Below, piece by piece: positions 19,030 to 27,870 of a stretch of DNA of 64,000 nt. The notes under the pieces were generated by a model that saw nothing but the letters and a program-made list of their open reading frames with translations, was not told where the DNA came from and ran no database searches. How positions within the stretch are numbered: the stretch's first letter is position 1; each line of letters begins with the position of its first letter. This DNA comes from Rubripirellula sp. (GTDB lineage Bacteria > Planctomycetota > Planctomycetia > Pirellulales > Pirellulaceae), in contig OZ244207.1 of assembly GCA_965216875.1 (NCBI GenBank), positions 3,264,001 through 3,328,000 on the forward strand, in the 5' to 3' direction. The position numbers were made by a program, and so were the translations under genes.

Positions 19030-19038
19030 AGTATATCA
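19030..19038 (-). promoter_or_regulatory. Candidate extended -10 promoter for the pth2-like module
   Basis: TGaTATACT on the minus strand about 45 nt upstream of ATG 18985; TTGGGA lies 19 nt upstream of the -10 hexamer. Confidence 0.5.
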
Positions 19039-19078
19039 CACGAAAGGCGGTTCGTCCCAAGATCAGATGAATGAATTC

Positions 19079-19284
19079 CTCCAAGGAAGCTCCGCGGGAG
19101 CGTCGCCCTCCCTGCGGTTCATTCGTCCAATTCGTTTGATTCGTGGTTCACTCGAAATCAATCACACGTCCTTCCTATCTTTCGTGACTTCTCGTGCTTT
19201 TTGTGGCAAGTCTCTCCAAGGAAGCTCCGCGGGAGCGTCGCCCTCCCCGCGGTTCATTCGTGCAATTCGTTTGATTCGTGGTTC
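19079..19284. repeat. Two 71-nt direct repeats (19079-19149, 19214-19284), each a REP-like family F unit plus TTCGT-rich short repeats
   Basis: ctccaaggaagctccgcgggagcgtcgccctccc(t/c)gcggttcattcgt(c/g)caattcgtttgattcgtggttc, 2 mismatches between copies. Confidence 0.9.
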
Positions 19285-20319
19285 TCAATCCCAACTGAGA
19301 CTGCCAGCCGCCTGATACTCCGTCACGCGAGTCTCAAAGAAGTTCTTCTCTTTGGCGAGGTCCATCGTTTCACTCATCCATGGGAACGGGTTGGTCGAAC
19401 CGTATTGCATCGGCAAACCGATCCGTTCCAAGCGGCGATCGGCAATGTGTTGGACGTAGTCACGAAACAACTCCTTGTTCAGTCCCATGATTCCATCCGG
19501 CAAACAATCGGCCGCGTAGTCGAGCTCCAGTTCAACTGCCTGCTTCACTCGATCGATCATCGACTGCTGGAATGCCTCGGTCCATAAGTGCGGGTTCTCA
19601 GCCTTGATCCCGTTGATCAGATCGATACCAAAGTTCAAGTGGATCGTTTCATCGCGGAGGATGTACTGGAACTGCTCGCCAATGCCTGTCATCAGATTTC
19701 GGCGGTGAAAGGAGAGCATCATCACAAAGCCGGTGTAGAAGAAGACACCTTCCATGATCAAGTAGTAACCAATCAGGTTCTTCAAGAACGCTTGTGCGCC
19801 CTCATCGGTCGCCGTCGAGAAATCATGAGACATCACTTCGGCGGTCAGTTCCGTTTCGAACGCGTCTTTGCGCGCGATCGAGGGAACTTCGTGATACATG
19901 TTGAAAACTTCGCCTTCATCGAGCCCCAAACTATCGACCACGTAAAGGAACGTGTGAGAGTGGACCGCTTCCTCGAAAGCTTGCCGCAGCAAGTATTGCC
20001 GACATTCGGCGTTGGTCACGTGCCGAAAAATGGCCAAGACAAGGTTGTTGCCCACCAAACTCTCGGCAGTCGAAAAGAACCCAAGGTTCCTCATGATCAC
20101 GCGACGCTCGGCATCGGTCAGGCGGTCGCTCCGCCAGATCTCGATGTCTTTGGTCATCGGCACTTCGGTTGGCATCCAGTGGTTGGCGCACCCATTCTGG
20201 TAATGCTCCCACGCCCAGTGGTATTTCAAGGGCATCAGCTGGTTGACATCGACTTGGTTGCAATTGATTAAGCGTTTGTCAGAAGCGTCGAATCGTTTTG
20301 GGACAACGGTGGTCGTCAT
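19285..20319 (-). CDS. nrdB: Ribonucleotide reductase beta subunit, class Ic (R2c)-type signature
   Basis: [55 protein letters not shown]. Confidence 0.95.
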   Translation of the reverse strand: MTTTVVPKRFDASDKRLINCNQVDVNQLMPLKYHWAWEHYQNGCANHWMPTEVPMTKDIEIWRSDRLTDAERRVIMRNLGFFSTAESLVGNNLVLAIFRHVTNAECRQYLLRQAFEEAVHSHTFLYVVDSLGLDEGEVFNMYHEVPSIARKDAFETELTAEVMSHDFSTATDEGAQAFLKNLIGYYLIMEGVFFYTGFVMMLSFHRRNLMTGIGEQFQYILRDETIHLNFGIDLINGIKAENPHLWTEAFQQSMIDRVKQAVELELDYAADCLPDGIMGLNKELFRDYVQHIADRRLERIGLPMQYGSTNPFPWMSETMDLAKEKNFFETRVTEYQAAGSLSWD

Positions 20320-20321
20320 GG

Positions 20322-20603
20322 TTACATCCTTGGGTCAGTGGGTATGGCAATGGTGCTGCGATCACGCAGCCAATGGGCCAGCGCGAGTCGCGAATGGATT
20401 TCAACGGGTCCTTCCAAAACCTGGTCGTCGCAATCAAGCAAACAGATCTGAAAGGGACCATCACGTGAGGGCAGGTCGTATCCGCCCGGTTCAGTCAAAA
20501 CCAACTGGCGTCCATCGGGTTCGGTTCGCACCCATGCACGTGAGATTCCCGGCGAGTGCTCTAGACGGAAACCTCGTTCAATCCAGTTGGCATAGAACCT
20601 CAT
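20322..20603 (-). CDS. Hypothetical protein between nrdA and nrdB
   Basis: 93-aa ORF starting 3 nt after the nrdA stop and ending 2 nt before the nrdB start. Confidence 0.65.
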   Translation of the reverse strand: MRFYANWIERGFRLEHSPGISRAWVRTEPDGRQLVLTEPGGYDLPSRDGPFQICLLDCDDQVLEGPVEIHSRLALAHWLRDRSTIAIPTDPRM

Positions 20604-20606
20604 CGA

Positions 20607-23435
20607 TCACTGGCAAGCTTCACAATCGGGATCATCAACGCTGCAAGCCTGCGCGACACGATCAACTCGGATCTCGCTCGACTGGCTTTGCGACTTCATC
20701 CACCGCGGCTGGATGCCGTGTCGATTCACATCAACCGTTGACTTTTCCACCTGAGTCGCGGCCAACGAACGCATGTAGTACGTGGTTTTCAAACCGCACT
20801 TCCACGCGTGTTGGTACATCGCGTCGATCGTCTTTCCACTTGGCTGGGCAATGTAAAGGTTGAGCGATTGCCCCTGATCGATCCACTTCTGGCGTTTCGC
20901 AGCCGCCGAAATCAGCCATTTGGCATCGATCTCGAATGCGGTCGCGAAAAGCTCTTTCACATGACGTGGAAGCCGATCAATCTCGCCCAACGTTCCGTCG
21001 TAGTACTTCAACGCATCGATCATCTCTTCATCCCACAACCCGTGGGATTTCAATGAATCGACAAGCCGGTGATTCGTCTGCGTGAACTCACCGGAAAGGT
21101 TGCTCTTTGAATAGAGCTGTTTGTAGGTTGGCTCGATCGATTGCGAACAGCCAACGATGGTCGAAATCGTGGCCGTAGGAGCAATGGCTAAACAGTTGCT
21201 GTTTCGCATGCCTGAATCAGCAATCGCATCACGAACGACTTGCCAATCCATCGACGCGTTGCGATCGATATCGACAGACTGGCCGCGAGACGCTTCCAGC
21301 AAGTCAAGCGTGTCGAGGGGAAGCAGGCCACGCTCCCATTTGGAGCCAGCGTAGGTTTCGTACTTGCCCCGTTCAGCGGCCAGTTCAGTCGATGCGAGGA
21401 TCGCGTAGTAGCTGATTGCTTCCATGCTGCGATCAGCAAACTCAACCGCCGCGTCGCTGGCAAACGGCATCGCAAGCTCATGCAACGCATCTTGGAACCC
21501 CATCATGCCCAACCCAACCGGGCGGTGCCTCGCATTGGCGTTCTCGGCCTCTTGAGTCGGATAGAAGTTGATATCGATCACGTTGTCCAACATCCGCATC
21601 GCTGTCGAAACGGTCTCTCGCAACTTCCGGTGGTCAAGTTCCCCGTCAACGAGATGCTCGGCAAGATTGACGCTTCCCAGGTTGCACACAGCCGTCTCGT
21701 CTTCACTCGTGTTGAGCAAGATTTCAGTGCAAAGGTTGCTGCTATGGACAACTCCCACGTGGTCTTGGGGCGAACGGAGATTGGAGGGGTCCTTGAACGT
21801 CACCCAAGGATGCCCCGTCTCGAACAAACGCGTCAGCAGCTTTCTCCAGAGTTCGACGGCCGGCATCGTGCGATGCTGCTTGATGTTCCCGTTGGCGGCT
21901 TCCGATTCATAGCGCTCATAACGAGCGACGAATTCGGCACCAAACGAATCATGTAGATCAGACACTTCATCGGGGCTAAAGAGCGTCCAATCTTCGCCAC
22001 GTTGCACTCGCTGCATGAACAGGTCCGGAATCCAAGCGGCGGTATGCATGTCGTGGGTTCGCCGCCGGTCGTCACCGGTGTTCTTGCGCAAGTCGATGAA
22101 CTCCACAAAGTCCAGATGCCAAGGTTCCATGTAAGCACAGACTGCTCCCTTTCGCTTGCCTCCTTGGTTCACGGCGACGGCCGCGTCGTTGACAATTTTC
22201 AGAAAAGGAATCACACCTTGGCTTTCCCCGTTCGTGCCGCGAATGTGAGCTCCGGTGGCGCGGACGTTGGTCCAGTCATTGCCAAGACCGCCTGCCCACT
22301 TCGAAAGCATCGCGTTGTCTCCGATGCTCTTAAAAATGTGCTGCAAGTCGTCTTGGATCGTCGTCAGGTAGCAGCTACTCAATTGCGGGTGTGGCGTTCC
22401 TGAGTTGAACAATGTTGGTGTTGCGCTGGTGAACCGTAGCGATGAAAGCAGCTCATAGAACTCGATCGCTCGCTCGGTGCGGTTTTCCTTTTCGGCGGTC
22501 GCCAACCCCATCGCGACGCGCATCCAAAAGTACTGTGGCGTCTCAATCCTGCGGCCGTCGATATGCAACAAATAGCGATCATAGATCGTTTGTACCCCGA
22601 GGTATCGAAACGACTCGTCAAGCTGCGGCTTGAGTGCTTCGGAGAGTTTCGTGAGGTCGAACGCACGCAGCTCTTCTGACAAACGCTCGTGCCGGATCCC
22701 TTCGATCACGTAGTGCTCGAACTGGTCGCGGTAGGTGCCGATAAACCGATCATCAAACTGAGTCTTCCCGAGTGATTGACGATAGATGATCGACCGCTGA
22801 AGTTGCGCTGCAAGTTGGTCATAGGCTGGATCGCGTTCGATCCGACTGCGAGCGGACAAGACAAGCGCGCGTGTCACCTCTTCGGGCGTCATCCCATCAA
22901 ATGCCCCGCGAACAACCTCTTGCACAATCGCGTCGCAATCGACTTCCGGCAAATCAGCGGCGGGGCATTTTGCGAGGAATCGACTCAAGCGTCGCGCGTC
23001 GAATGGGACTCGAACTCCAGGTTCGAGCTCGACGTGGATGGAATGTGCCGATGACGAATCGTCGAGTGAATCGAGCCCCGATTCAGTGGCCCGAATCGTG
23101 CGAATCCGGGCGTGTTCGGTGCGGTAAAGAATGTAGCGACGAGCAACATGAAAGTGCTCGAGTTTCATCAGTCCGATTTCAACGACATCCTGAATTTGCT
23201 CGACCGACAACGCATCGTTCAACCCTGGTTGTGTTGCAATCCGTCGAACCTGACCCGCGATCTGTTCAACGTCTTTTTGAATGTCGGCGGCAAGCGGTTG
23301 CCCGTCAGCCAAGTTCAATTCAGCACGAAACGCCTTGGCAATCGCCTGCTCAACCCGCGCACCGTCAAATTCCACTTCACGTCCATCCCGCTTGCGAACC
23401 ACCGGCGCGCAGGAAGCATCCATTGACCGTTCCAT
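20607..23435 (-). CDS. nrdA: Ribonucleotide reductase alpha subunit (class I) with N-terminal ATP-cone domain(s)
   Basis: Start ATG 23435 (GGAG RBS); VRKRDG ATP cone, [38 protein letters not shown]-terminal CEACQ. Confidence 0.96.
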   Translation of the reverse strand: MERSMDASCAPVVRKRDGREVEFDGARVEQAIAKAFRAELNLADGQPLAADIQKDVEQIAGQVRRIATQPGLNDALSVEQIQDVVEIGLMKLEHFHVARRYILYRTEHARIRTIRATESGLDSLDDSSSAHSIHVELEPGVRVPFDARRLSRFLAKCPAADLPEVDCDAIVQEVVRGAFDGMTPEEVTRALVLSARSRIERDPAYDQLAAQLQRSIIYRQSLGKTQFDDRFIGTYRDQFEHYVIEGIRHERLSEELRAFDLTKLSEALKPQLDESFRYLGVQTIYDRYLLHIDGRRIETPQYFWMRVAMGLATAEKENRTERAIEFYELLSSLRFTSATPTLFNSGTPHPQLSSCYLTTIQDDLQHIFKSIGDNAMLSKWAGGLGNDWTNVRATGAHIRGTNGESQGVIPFLKIVNDAAVAVNQGGKRKGAVCAYMEPWHLDFVEFIDLRKNTGDDRRRTHDMHTAAWIPDLFMQRVQRGEDWTLFSPDEVSDLHDSFGAEFVARYERYESEAANGNIKQHRTMPAVELWRKLLTRLFETGHPWVTFKDPSNLRSPQDHVGVVHSSNLCTEILLNTSEDETAVCNLGSVNLAEHLVDGELDHRKLRETVSTAMRMLDNVIDINFYPTQEAENANARHRPVGLGMMGFQDALHELAMPFASDAAVEFADRSMEAISYYAILASTELAAERGKYETYAGSKWERGLLPLDTLDLLEASRGQSVDIDRNASMDWQVVRDAIADSGMRNSNCLAIAPTATISTIVGCSQSIEPTYKQLYSKSNLSGEFTQTNHRLVDSLKSHGLWDEEMIDALKYYDGTLGEIDRLPRHVKELFATAFEIDAKWLISAAAKRQKWIDQGQSLNLYIAQPSGKTIDAMYQHAWKCGLKTTYYMRSLAATQVEKSTVDVNRHGIQPRWMKSQSQSSEIRVDRVAQACSVDDPDCEACQ

Positions 23436-23647
23436 CGAGAAACTCCGTTCATTTGCCGACGCGTGTTCGCGCCAGTGCCATTCCAAGTGCAAGTGCCGAT
23501 CACGGTCGAGCTCACGCATCCCATCGCTGGCGAATGGGTTTTGATGTTGCGAACACGCACGCGAAAAACAGGAAAGACGACATCAACATCAAGTCAAACG
23601 TCATCGCAACGATTGCCCCAATCCAAGAGGGCGCCAAAATCGTCTAT

Positions 23648-23845
23648 TTCGCGGTAGGTCTTCTGACTCACTGCCGGACAACGTTCACTGCCTTCTCATT
23701 CATGCGAGATGAACAATGGCACTTCAAAAGAAGAAACGTTGATTTGCAACCGAAGTTGCAGCAGTTCACAGCGGCTGGACCGTCCCGGATTCACACCGGA
23801 GTTCCCTGTTCATGGGTCATGCAGAAGCATGCCCATCACCACGAA
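23648..23845 (-). promoter_or_regulatory. Cobalamin riboswitch upstream of nrdA
   Basis: Minus strand GGT...AACAGGGAACTCCGGTGTGAATCCGGGACGGTCCAGCCGCTGTGA...GCCATTG...GAGAAGGC...GAGTCAGAAGACCTACC. Confidence 0.92.
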
Positions 23846-23901
23846 CGGTAGCAATCTACCAATCTCAACACCGCTGTCAATCAGATTGCGTGACAAAGCA
23901 T

Positions 23902-24010
23902 TCACCCTCCCGCTTACGGGAGGGGCGGACGCAAAGTCCGGGGAGGGAATGACGTCCAAAAACACAAACCCTCTCCGGGCCTGAGTGCCCGACTCTCCCA
24001 AGGGAGAGTG
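23902..24010. repeat. Multi-hairpin intergenic repeat family B
   Basis: ccctccc...gggagg...ggggaggg...ccgggcctgagtgcccgactctcccaagggagagtg; copies at 26401-26500 and 44576-44680. Confidence 0.85.
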
Positions 24011-24019
24011 TTTTTGAAC

Positions 24020-24218
24020 GCAACTTCTTGCGCTGTTTACGCGGTGCCCGTGAGCCGCTGGCCGTCAGGCCTCGGGCCCTTGCCGACGCGCAGCTGGTGT
24101 GAAGGCGAGTAAGGCCCGGCCGCTTACGCGATCGCGGCTCCGTTGTGTGAACTTGGGCAAGGATTTCTGCTGAAGGAAGCGCAATTGCAATCCGTAACGC
24201 TAGCGCGTGCGGCTCACG
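24020..24218. repeat. ~190-nt repeat family C (copy 1)
   Basis: Closely similar to 26081-26264; contains the gtgagccg...cggctc inverted core. Confidence 0.85.
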
Positions 24219-24224
24219 AGTCGA

Positions 24225-24455
24225 TTACCGGGCTCGGGAAACTTCTCCGGCCGCTTGGCGATACCACGAGACCGTCCTCTGCAGATGGTCGGCCCCGTAC
24301 ATCTTCTTGAACTCCTTCGTCCTGGGATTCGTTGCGTCCTGCAACTCCTTCAAGCGAGCTTCGACAAAGGTGGGCGTCAGCTGAATCCTGCATCGCACTT
24401 CGATGCAATGGCGCCACTGCTCGTATGACTCCGGTATGACACTCTCGCCACTCAT
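24225..24455 (-). CDS. Small hypothetical protein (76 aa)
   Basis: GGGGAG RBS before ATG 24455; IPESYEQWRHCIEVRCRIQLT...YGADHLQRTVSWYRQA. Confidence 0.75.
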   Translation of the reverse strand: MSGESVIPESYEQWRHCIEVRCRIQLTPTFVEARLKELQDATNPRTKEFKKMYGADHLQRTVSWYRQAAGEVSRAR

Positions 24456-24543
24456 CTTTATCGCTCCCCAACAATTCCACGGGTCGAACTGACATCGACT
24501 CATCGCGTTTGGGCAAAGAGCCGGAATACAAGCAAACCCACTC

Positions 24544-24560
24544 TTGCAATCATTGTGCAA
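24544..24560. promoter_or_regulatory. Palindromic operator TTGCAA-N5-GTGCAA (putative Fur/Zur-family site)
   Basis: ttgcaatcattgtgcaa in a divergent intergenic region; same motif at 24595 and 29264. Confidence 0.6.
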
Positions 24561-24594
24561 ATAGACCAATCGCGATCTCGCCCGTCAACCGCAG

Positions 24595-24611
24595 TTGCAA
24601 ACGCTTTGCAA
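24595..24611. promoter_or_regulatory. Palindromic operator TTGCAA-N5-TTGCAA (putative Fur/Zur-family site)
   Basis: ttgcaaacgctttgcaa, perfect 6-5-6 inverted repeat. Confidence 0.65.
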
Positions 24612-24768
24612 GAGCTCCTCAGGCGTCATGTCGCGTGGATCACACCCAACAACCATTTGAGCTGGCTGCGCTTTGGTATTGTCCGTCGCAACCAGCCCCG
24701 GGTAACTTGCCGATGGACGAGCGCTGCAGCCTTCGCAGCCCAAAACTCTGGCGATTATCCCCGCAGGC

Positions 24769-26028
24769 TTGGTCGTGCATCGAGACAATCCCCGTCATTT
24801 GCGTTCCGCGCATTTCAAACGCACTGCATTGCTGATTCTGACCGCCTTGGTGCTCGGCTCCATCATCGGCTCGGCCGCTGTGACTCAGGCGTGCCCGTTT
24901 TGCACCTCCCTGCCACGCACTTTGAGCGACGATCTCGAGGAATCAACCGCAGCCGTGATTGCGCGGTGCGAATCGATCGCCGCGGATCCAGACGGTTTTC
25001 ATGTTTGCAAGATGCGCATCCTCGAAGTGATGAAGGGTTCGCCAAAGCTGAAGGAATCGGTCGTCGAAGTCATCACGCTCGACCCACTCTCGAAAGAGAC
25101 AACCTTCTGGATGGCGGGCTATGGCGAGACCTCGACGCAGTGGGCGACACCACAAGCGATCACAAACGAGGGTATCACCTACCTTCGCAGTTTGGGTGAC
25201 CTTCCCGGCGAAGGCCCGCAACGACTCGAACACTTCCTCCGATTCCTTCAGCATCCAGACAAACTGGTCGCCGATGACGCGTACAACGAGTTTGCCGAAG
25301 CAACGCTCGAAGACATTGCAGGCTTGCAAGACAATCTCGATCGGCGATGGGTCATCGCTCAACTCCAAGACACATCGCTGCCGCGACATCGCAGGCGGCT
25401 GTGCTGGACCTTTTTAAGTCAATGCGGATTACCGACCGATGCGGGCCTGTTCGATGACTCGCTCAAAAAACGCCAGGCTGACCCGCTATTTGATCCGGGC
25501 ATGGACGCTGCGATCGCATGCTACATCACACTTGGTGGCGAAGCGTTATTGCTTCGTATTGAACGAGACTACTTGTCCAACCGCGAGGCGAGTTACGTCG
25601 ATGCGTTTGCGGCGGTCAGCGCTATCCGGGTCCATGGCACCGAATTAGATGTCTTTTCCCGCGAGCGATTATCAAAGTCGTTGCGGCAACTCTTGCAGCG
25701 TCCTGAACTTGCCGACCTGGTCATTCCTGATCTCGCGCGTTGGGGCGATTGGTCGGCGATCGACCGCATGGAAGAACTGTTCAAGTTCCCAACAGAAAAG
25801 AACGCGATGCTACGCCCAGCGACGGTTCTCTACCTGAAGAACTGCCCACTGCCATCTGCCGCCGAAACGCTCGATCGATTGCGGGCGATCGACGCCAAGA
25901 CAGTGCGTATGGCTGAGTCGTCGATGCTGATGCACTCCGGCGTCGCCTCGATCCCAGTCCCGCCACCCGACATCGAAGCTCAAGAGCCAACCGAGTCTGC
26001 GGTGCCACGAGTTGCCGAGAAGCAATAG
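24769..26028 (+). CDS. Hypothetical exported helical protein with CPFC motif after the signal peptide
   Basis: Hydrophobic leader then AVTQACPFC; DDAYNEFA, ADLVIPDLARWGDWS; exact start uncertain. Confidence 0.8.
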   Translation: MVVHRDNPRHLRSAHFKRTALLILTALVLGSIIGSAAVTQACPFCTSLPRTLSDDLEESTAAVIARCESIAADPDGFHVCKMRILEVMKGSPKLKESVVEVITLDPLSKETTFWMAGYGETSTQWATPQAITNEGITYLRSLGDLPGEGPQRLEHFLRFLQHPDKLVADDAYNEFAEATLEDIAGLQDNLDRRWVIAQLQDTSLPRHRRRLCWTFLSQCGLPTDAGLFDDSLKKRQADPLFDPGMDAAIACYITLGGEALLLRIERDYLSNREASYVDAFAAVSAIRVHGTELDVFSRERLSKSLRQLLQRPELADLVIPDLARWGDWSAIDRMEELFKFPTEKNAMLRPATVLYLKNCPLPSAAETLDRLRAIDAKTVRMAESSMLMHSGVASIPVPPPDIEAQEPTESAVPRVAEKQ

Positions 26029-26031
26029 ATC

Positions 26032-26264
26032 GTGAGCCCAGCGCGCTAGTACTGCGGATTGCAATCTCGGTGCCACAAGAGCAACTTCTTGCGCAGGTTG
26101 GGCAGTGCCCGTGAGCCGCTGGCCGTGAGGCCTCGGGCCCTTGCCAACGCGCAGTCAGTGTAAGGCGATTAAGGCCCGGCCGCTTACGCGATCGCGGCTC
26201 AGTCTCGGGAACTTGGGCAAGGATCTCTGCTGGTGGAAGCGCAACTACAATCTGTAGCACTAGC
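26032..26264. repeat. Repeat family C (copy 2) with an extra inverted end
   Basis: 26081-26264 matches 24020-24204; 26032-26065 is an imperfect reverse complement of the right end of the element. Confidence 0.8.
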
Positions 26265-26400
26265 TTCGCGCCTTTGCCCGTATCAGCCGCAACGCGATAG
26301 CGTGCGGTTCTTGCTGCCTGTCCCACATTCAAAAACCGCGAGCTATCGCTCTGCGGCTGATGTTCAAGCGCGTGGTATCATCCACAGTTCGACAGGAACT

Positions 26401-26500
26401 ACCCTCCCACTTGTGGGAGGGTCGGGCGCTAAAGCCCGGGGAGGGCCGTTCGAGGTGCCCCTCACCGGGCCTGAGAGCCCGACTCTCCCAAGGGAGAGTG
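26401..26500. repeat. Repeat family B
   Basis: Shares ccctccc/gggaggg hairpins and the ccgggcctgagagcccgactctcccaagggagagtg end with 23902-24010. Confidence 0.85.
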
Positions 26501-26518
26501 CCAGCGGGATGCATGACT

Positions 26519-26746
26519 TCAATCGTCGCTGACTGCCAACAGCGCGGCGATGTTGGCCAGGAGCCATGCTGAGGCCGCAGCCAGCTGCAACCAATCTCCG
26601 GTCGAGCTGATCCCGTACGTAAAAACGCTTGCGATCCAACAAACGCTCGCAACGGTCTGCCCCAGCCATTCAATGCTGAGCGCTCGTTCGATCCGGGCTT
26701 GCCGTGAGCCGGGTGCGATCACAACGTCTGCTTCATCGCTCAACAT
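26519..26746 (-). CDS. Small hypothetical membrane protein
   Basis: Two hydrophobic segments (WLGQTVASVCWIASVFTYG, WLQLAAASAWLLANIAALL); start overlaps the oxidoreductase stop. Confidence 0.7.
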   Translation of the reverse strand: MLSDEADVVIAPGSRQARIERALSIEWLGQTVASVCWIASVFTYGISSTGDWLQLAAASAWLLANIAALLAVSDD

Positions 26747-27870
26747 GACGCACACTCCTCACCACAGCAGGACAAATCATCAAGGTACATTCCCCATTTG
26801 CGATAGGTCTCCAGCTCTTCGGCTGGCAGCCCAAGCGAAGTCGCGATCGCCTTGGCAACGACTGCGAATCGCTGTCGATATTTGAAGATAAAGCAGAAGA
26901 CATGATTGTCGTGACGCACCGCCGGGCCGCACAGAAACAGTCCCGGCACGACCGTGGACTCATCTTTTTCACTTAGCAGCGGAAAGCCGTCCTCGCGTGC
27001 CTCGAATAGGTCTGCGACCAAACGGTGACTCCCCTCAAATCCGCCAGCTAATAGCGGCTGCGTCGGCGTGTGAAACCATCGCCCATCGAGTGCCTTGACT
27101 TCGTAGACATCATCAAACTTCTTTACCGAAGCAATCGGCGTGTGCGGGAACAGCTCAACGTGCTGTTCAAACCATTCCTCTCGCATCCGCTCAAGCGAGT
27201 AGGTCGACAACGAAATACTCGGATCAGAGCTTTCACCTTTCCACGCACAACCTTTGTCGAACAATCTCACGCGCCGATCGTGATAGGAAAGGTGGTAGGC
27301 CGCGTCGACACCACTCTCGTAGCCTCCGATAATGAGGAACTCATCCCCTTCCAGATCTCCGTAACTCGCGATGGTCGCGGTGTGCCGGCAGAGCTCACTT
27401 CCGGTGAAACCATTGCGTCGCGGGTACTGAAACTCGCCCGCCGCCCAAATCACGTGCTTCGCACGAAGCGTTTCCTGAGCCGTATCGACACGAAAGTCGT
27501 CGCCCACCTTGCTGACTCGCCGCACATCGGTTTGCTCGCGAACGGGAAGCTTGAAGAACTCGGCAACACCGCGCAAATGCGAAGCGTATTCTTCGCCTGT
27601 CGGATGTTCGACCTCGAGGCTGAATGCGGGTGAAACGCCGACGGCGATGGAATTCAAATCCAACATCCCAATCGAATTCGATGGAAACGACGGCGTGATG
27701 AACCGCGTCTCGGCCGGCCAAGCGGCAAACGAAGCGCCGACCGTATCCCGTTCCAGCACGACGAAGTCTTCGATCCCAGCGTGCCGCAGCGCCACCGAGA
27801 CGCCAACGCCAGCCGCGCCGCCGCCGATGACCACCACGTCATGGGAATTCTGTTTGGCAGCGCCACTCAT
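26740..27870 (-). CDS. FAD/NAD(P)-dependent oxidoreductase (Pyr_redox_3/CzcO-like) with Cys-rich tail
   Basis: VIGGGAAG FAD motif, IIGGYESGVDAA, FCFIFKYRQRF, C-terminal LSCCGEECASC. Confidence 0.88.
   Translation of the reverse strand: MSGAAKQNSHDVVVIGGGAAGVGVSVALRHAGIEDFVVLERDTVGASFAAWPAETRFITPSFPSNSIGMLDLNSIAVGVSPAFSLEVEHPTGEEYASHLRGVAEFFKLPVREQTDVRRVSKVGDDFRVDTAQETLRAKHVIWAAGEFQYPRRNGFTGSELCRHTATIASYGDLEGDEFLIIGGYESGVDAAYHLSYHDRRVRLFDKGCAWKGESSDPSISLSTYSLERMREEWFEQHVELFPHTPIASVKKFDDVYEVKALDGRWFHTPTQPLLAGGFEGSHRLVADLFEAREDGFPLLSEKDESTVVPGLFLCGPAVRHDNHVFCFIFKYRQRFAVVAKAIATSLGLPAEELETYRKWGMYLDDLSCCGEECASC

Noticed and set aside
19079..19284. CRISPR array
   Set aside because: Only two 71-nt copies, composed of REP-like and TTCGT-type units; no regular spacers and no cas genes.
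23744..23761. Fourth TTGCAA operator box
   Set aside because: The spacer is 6 nt and the site lies inside the riboswitch, where it is better explained as a hairpin.
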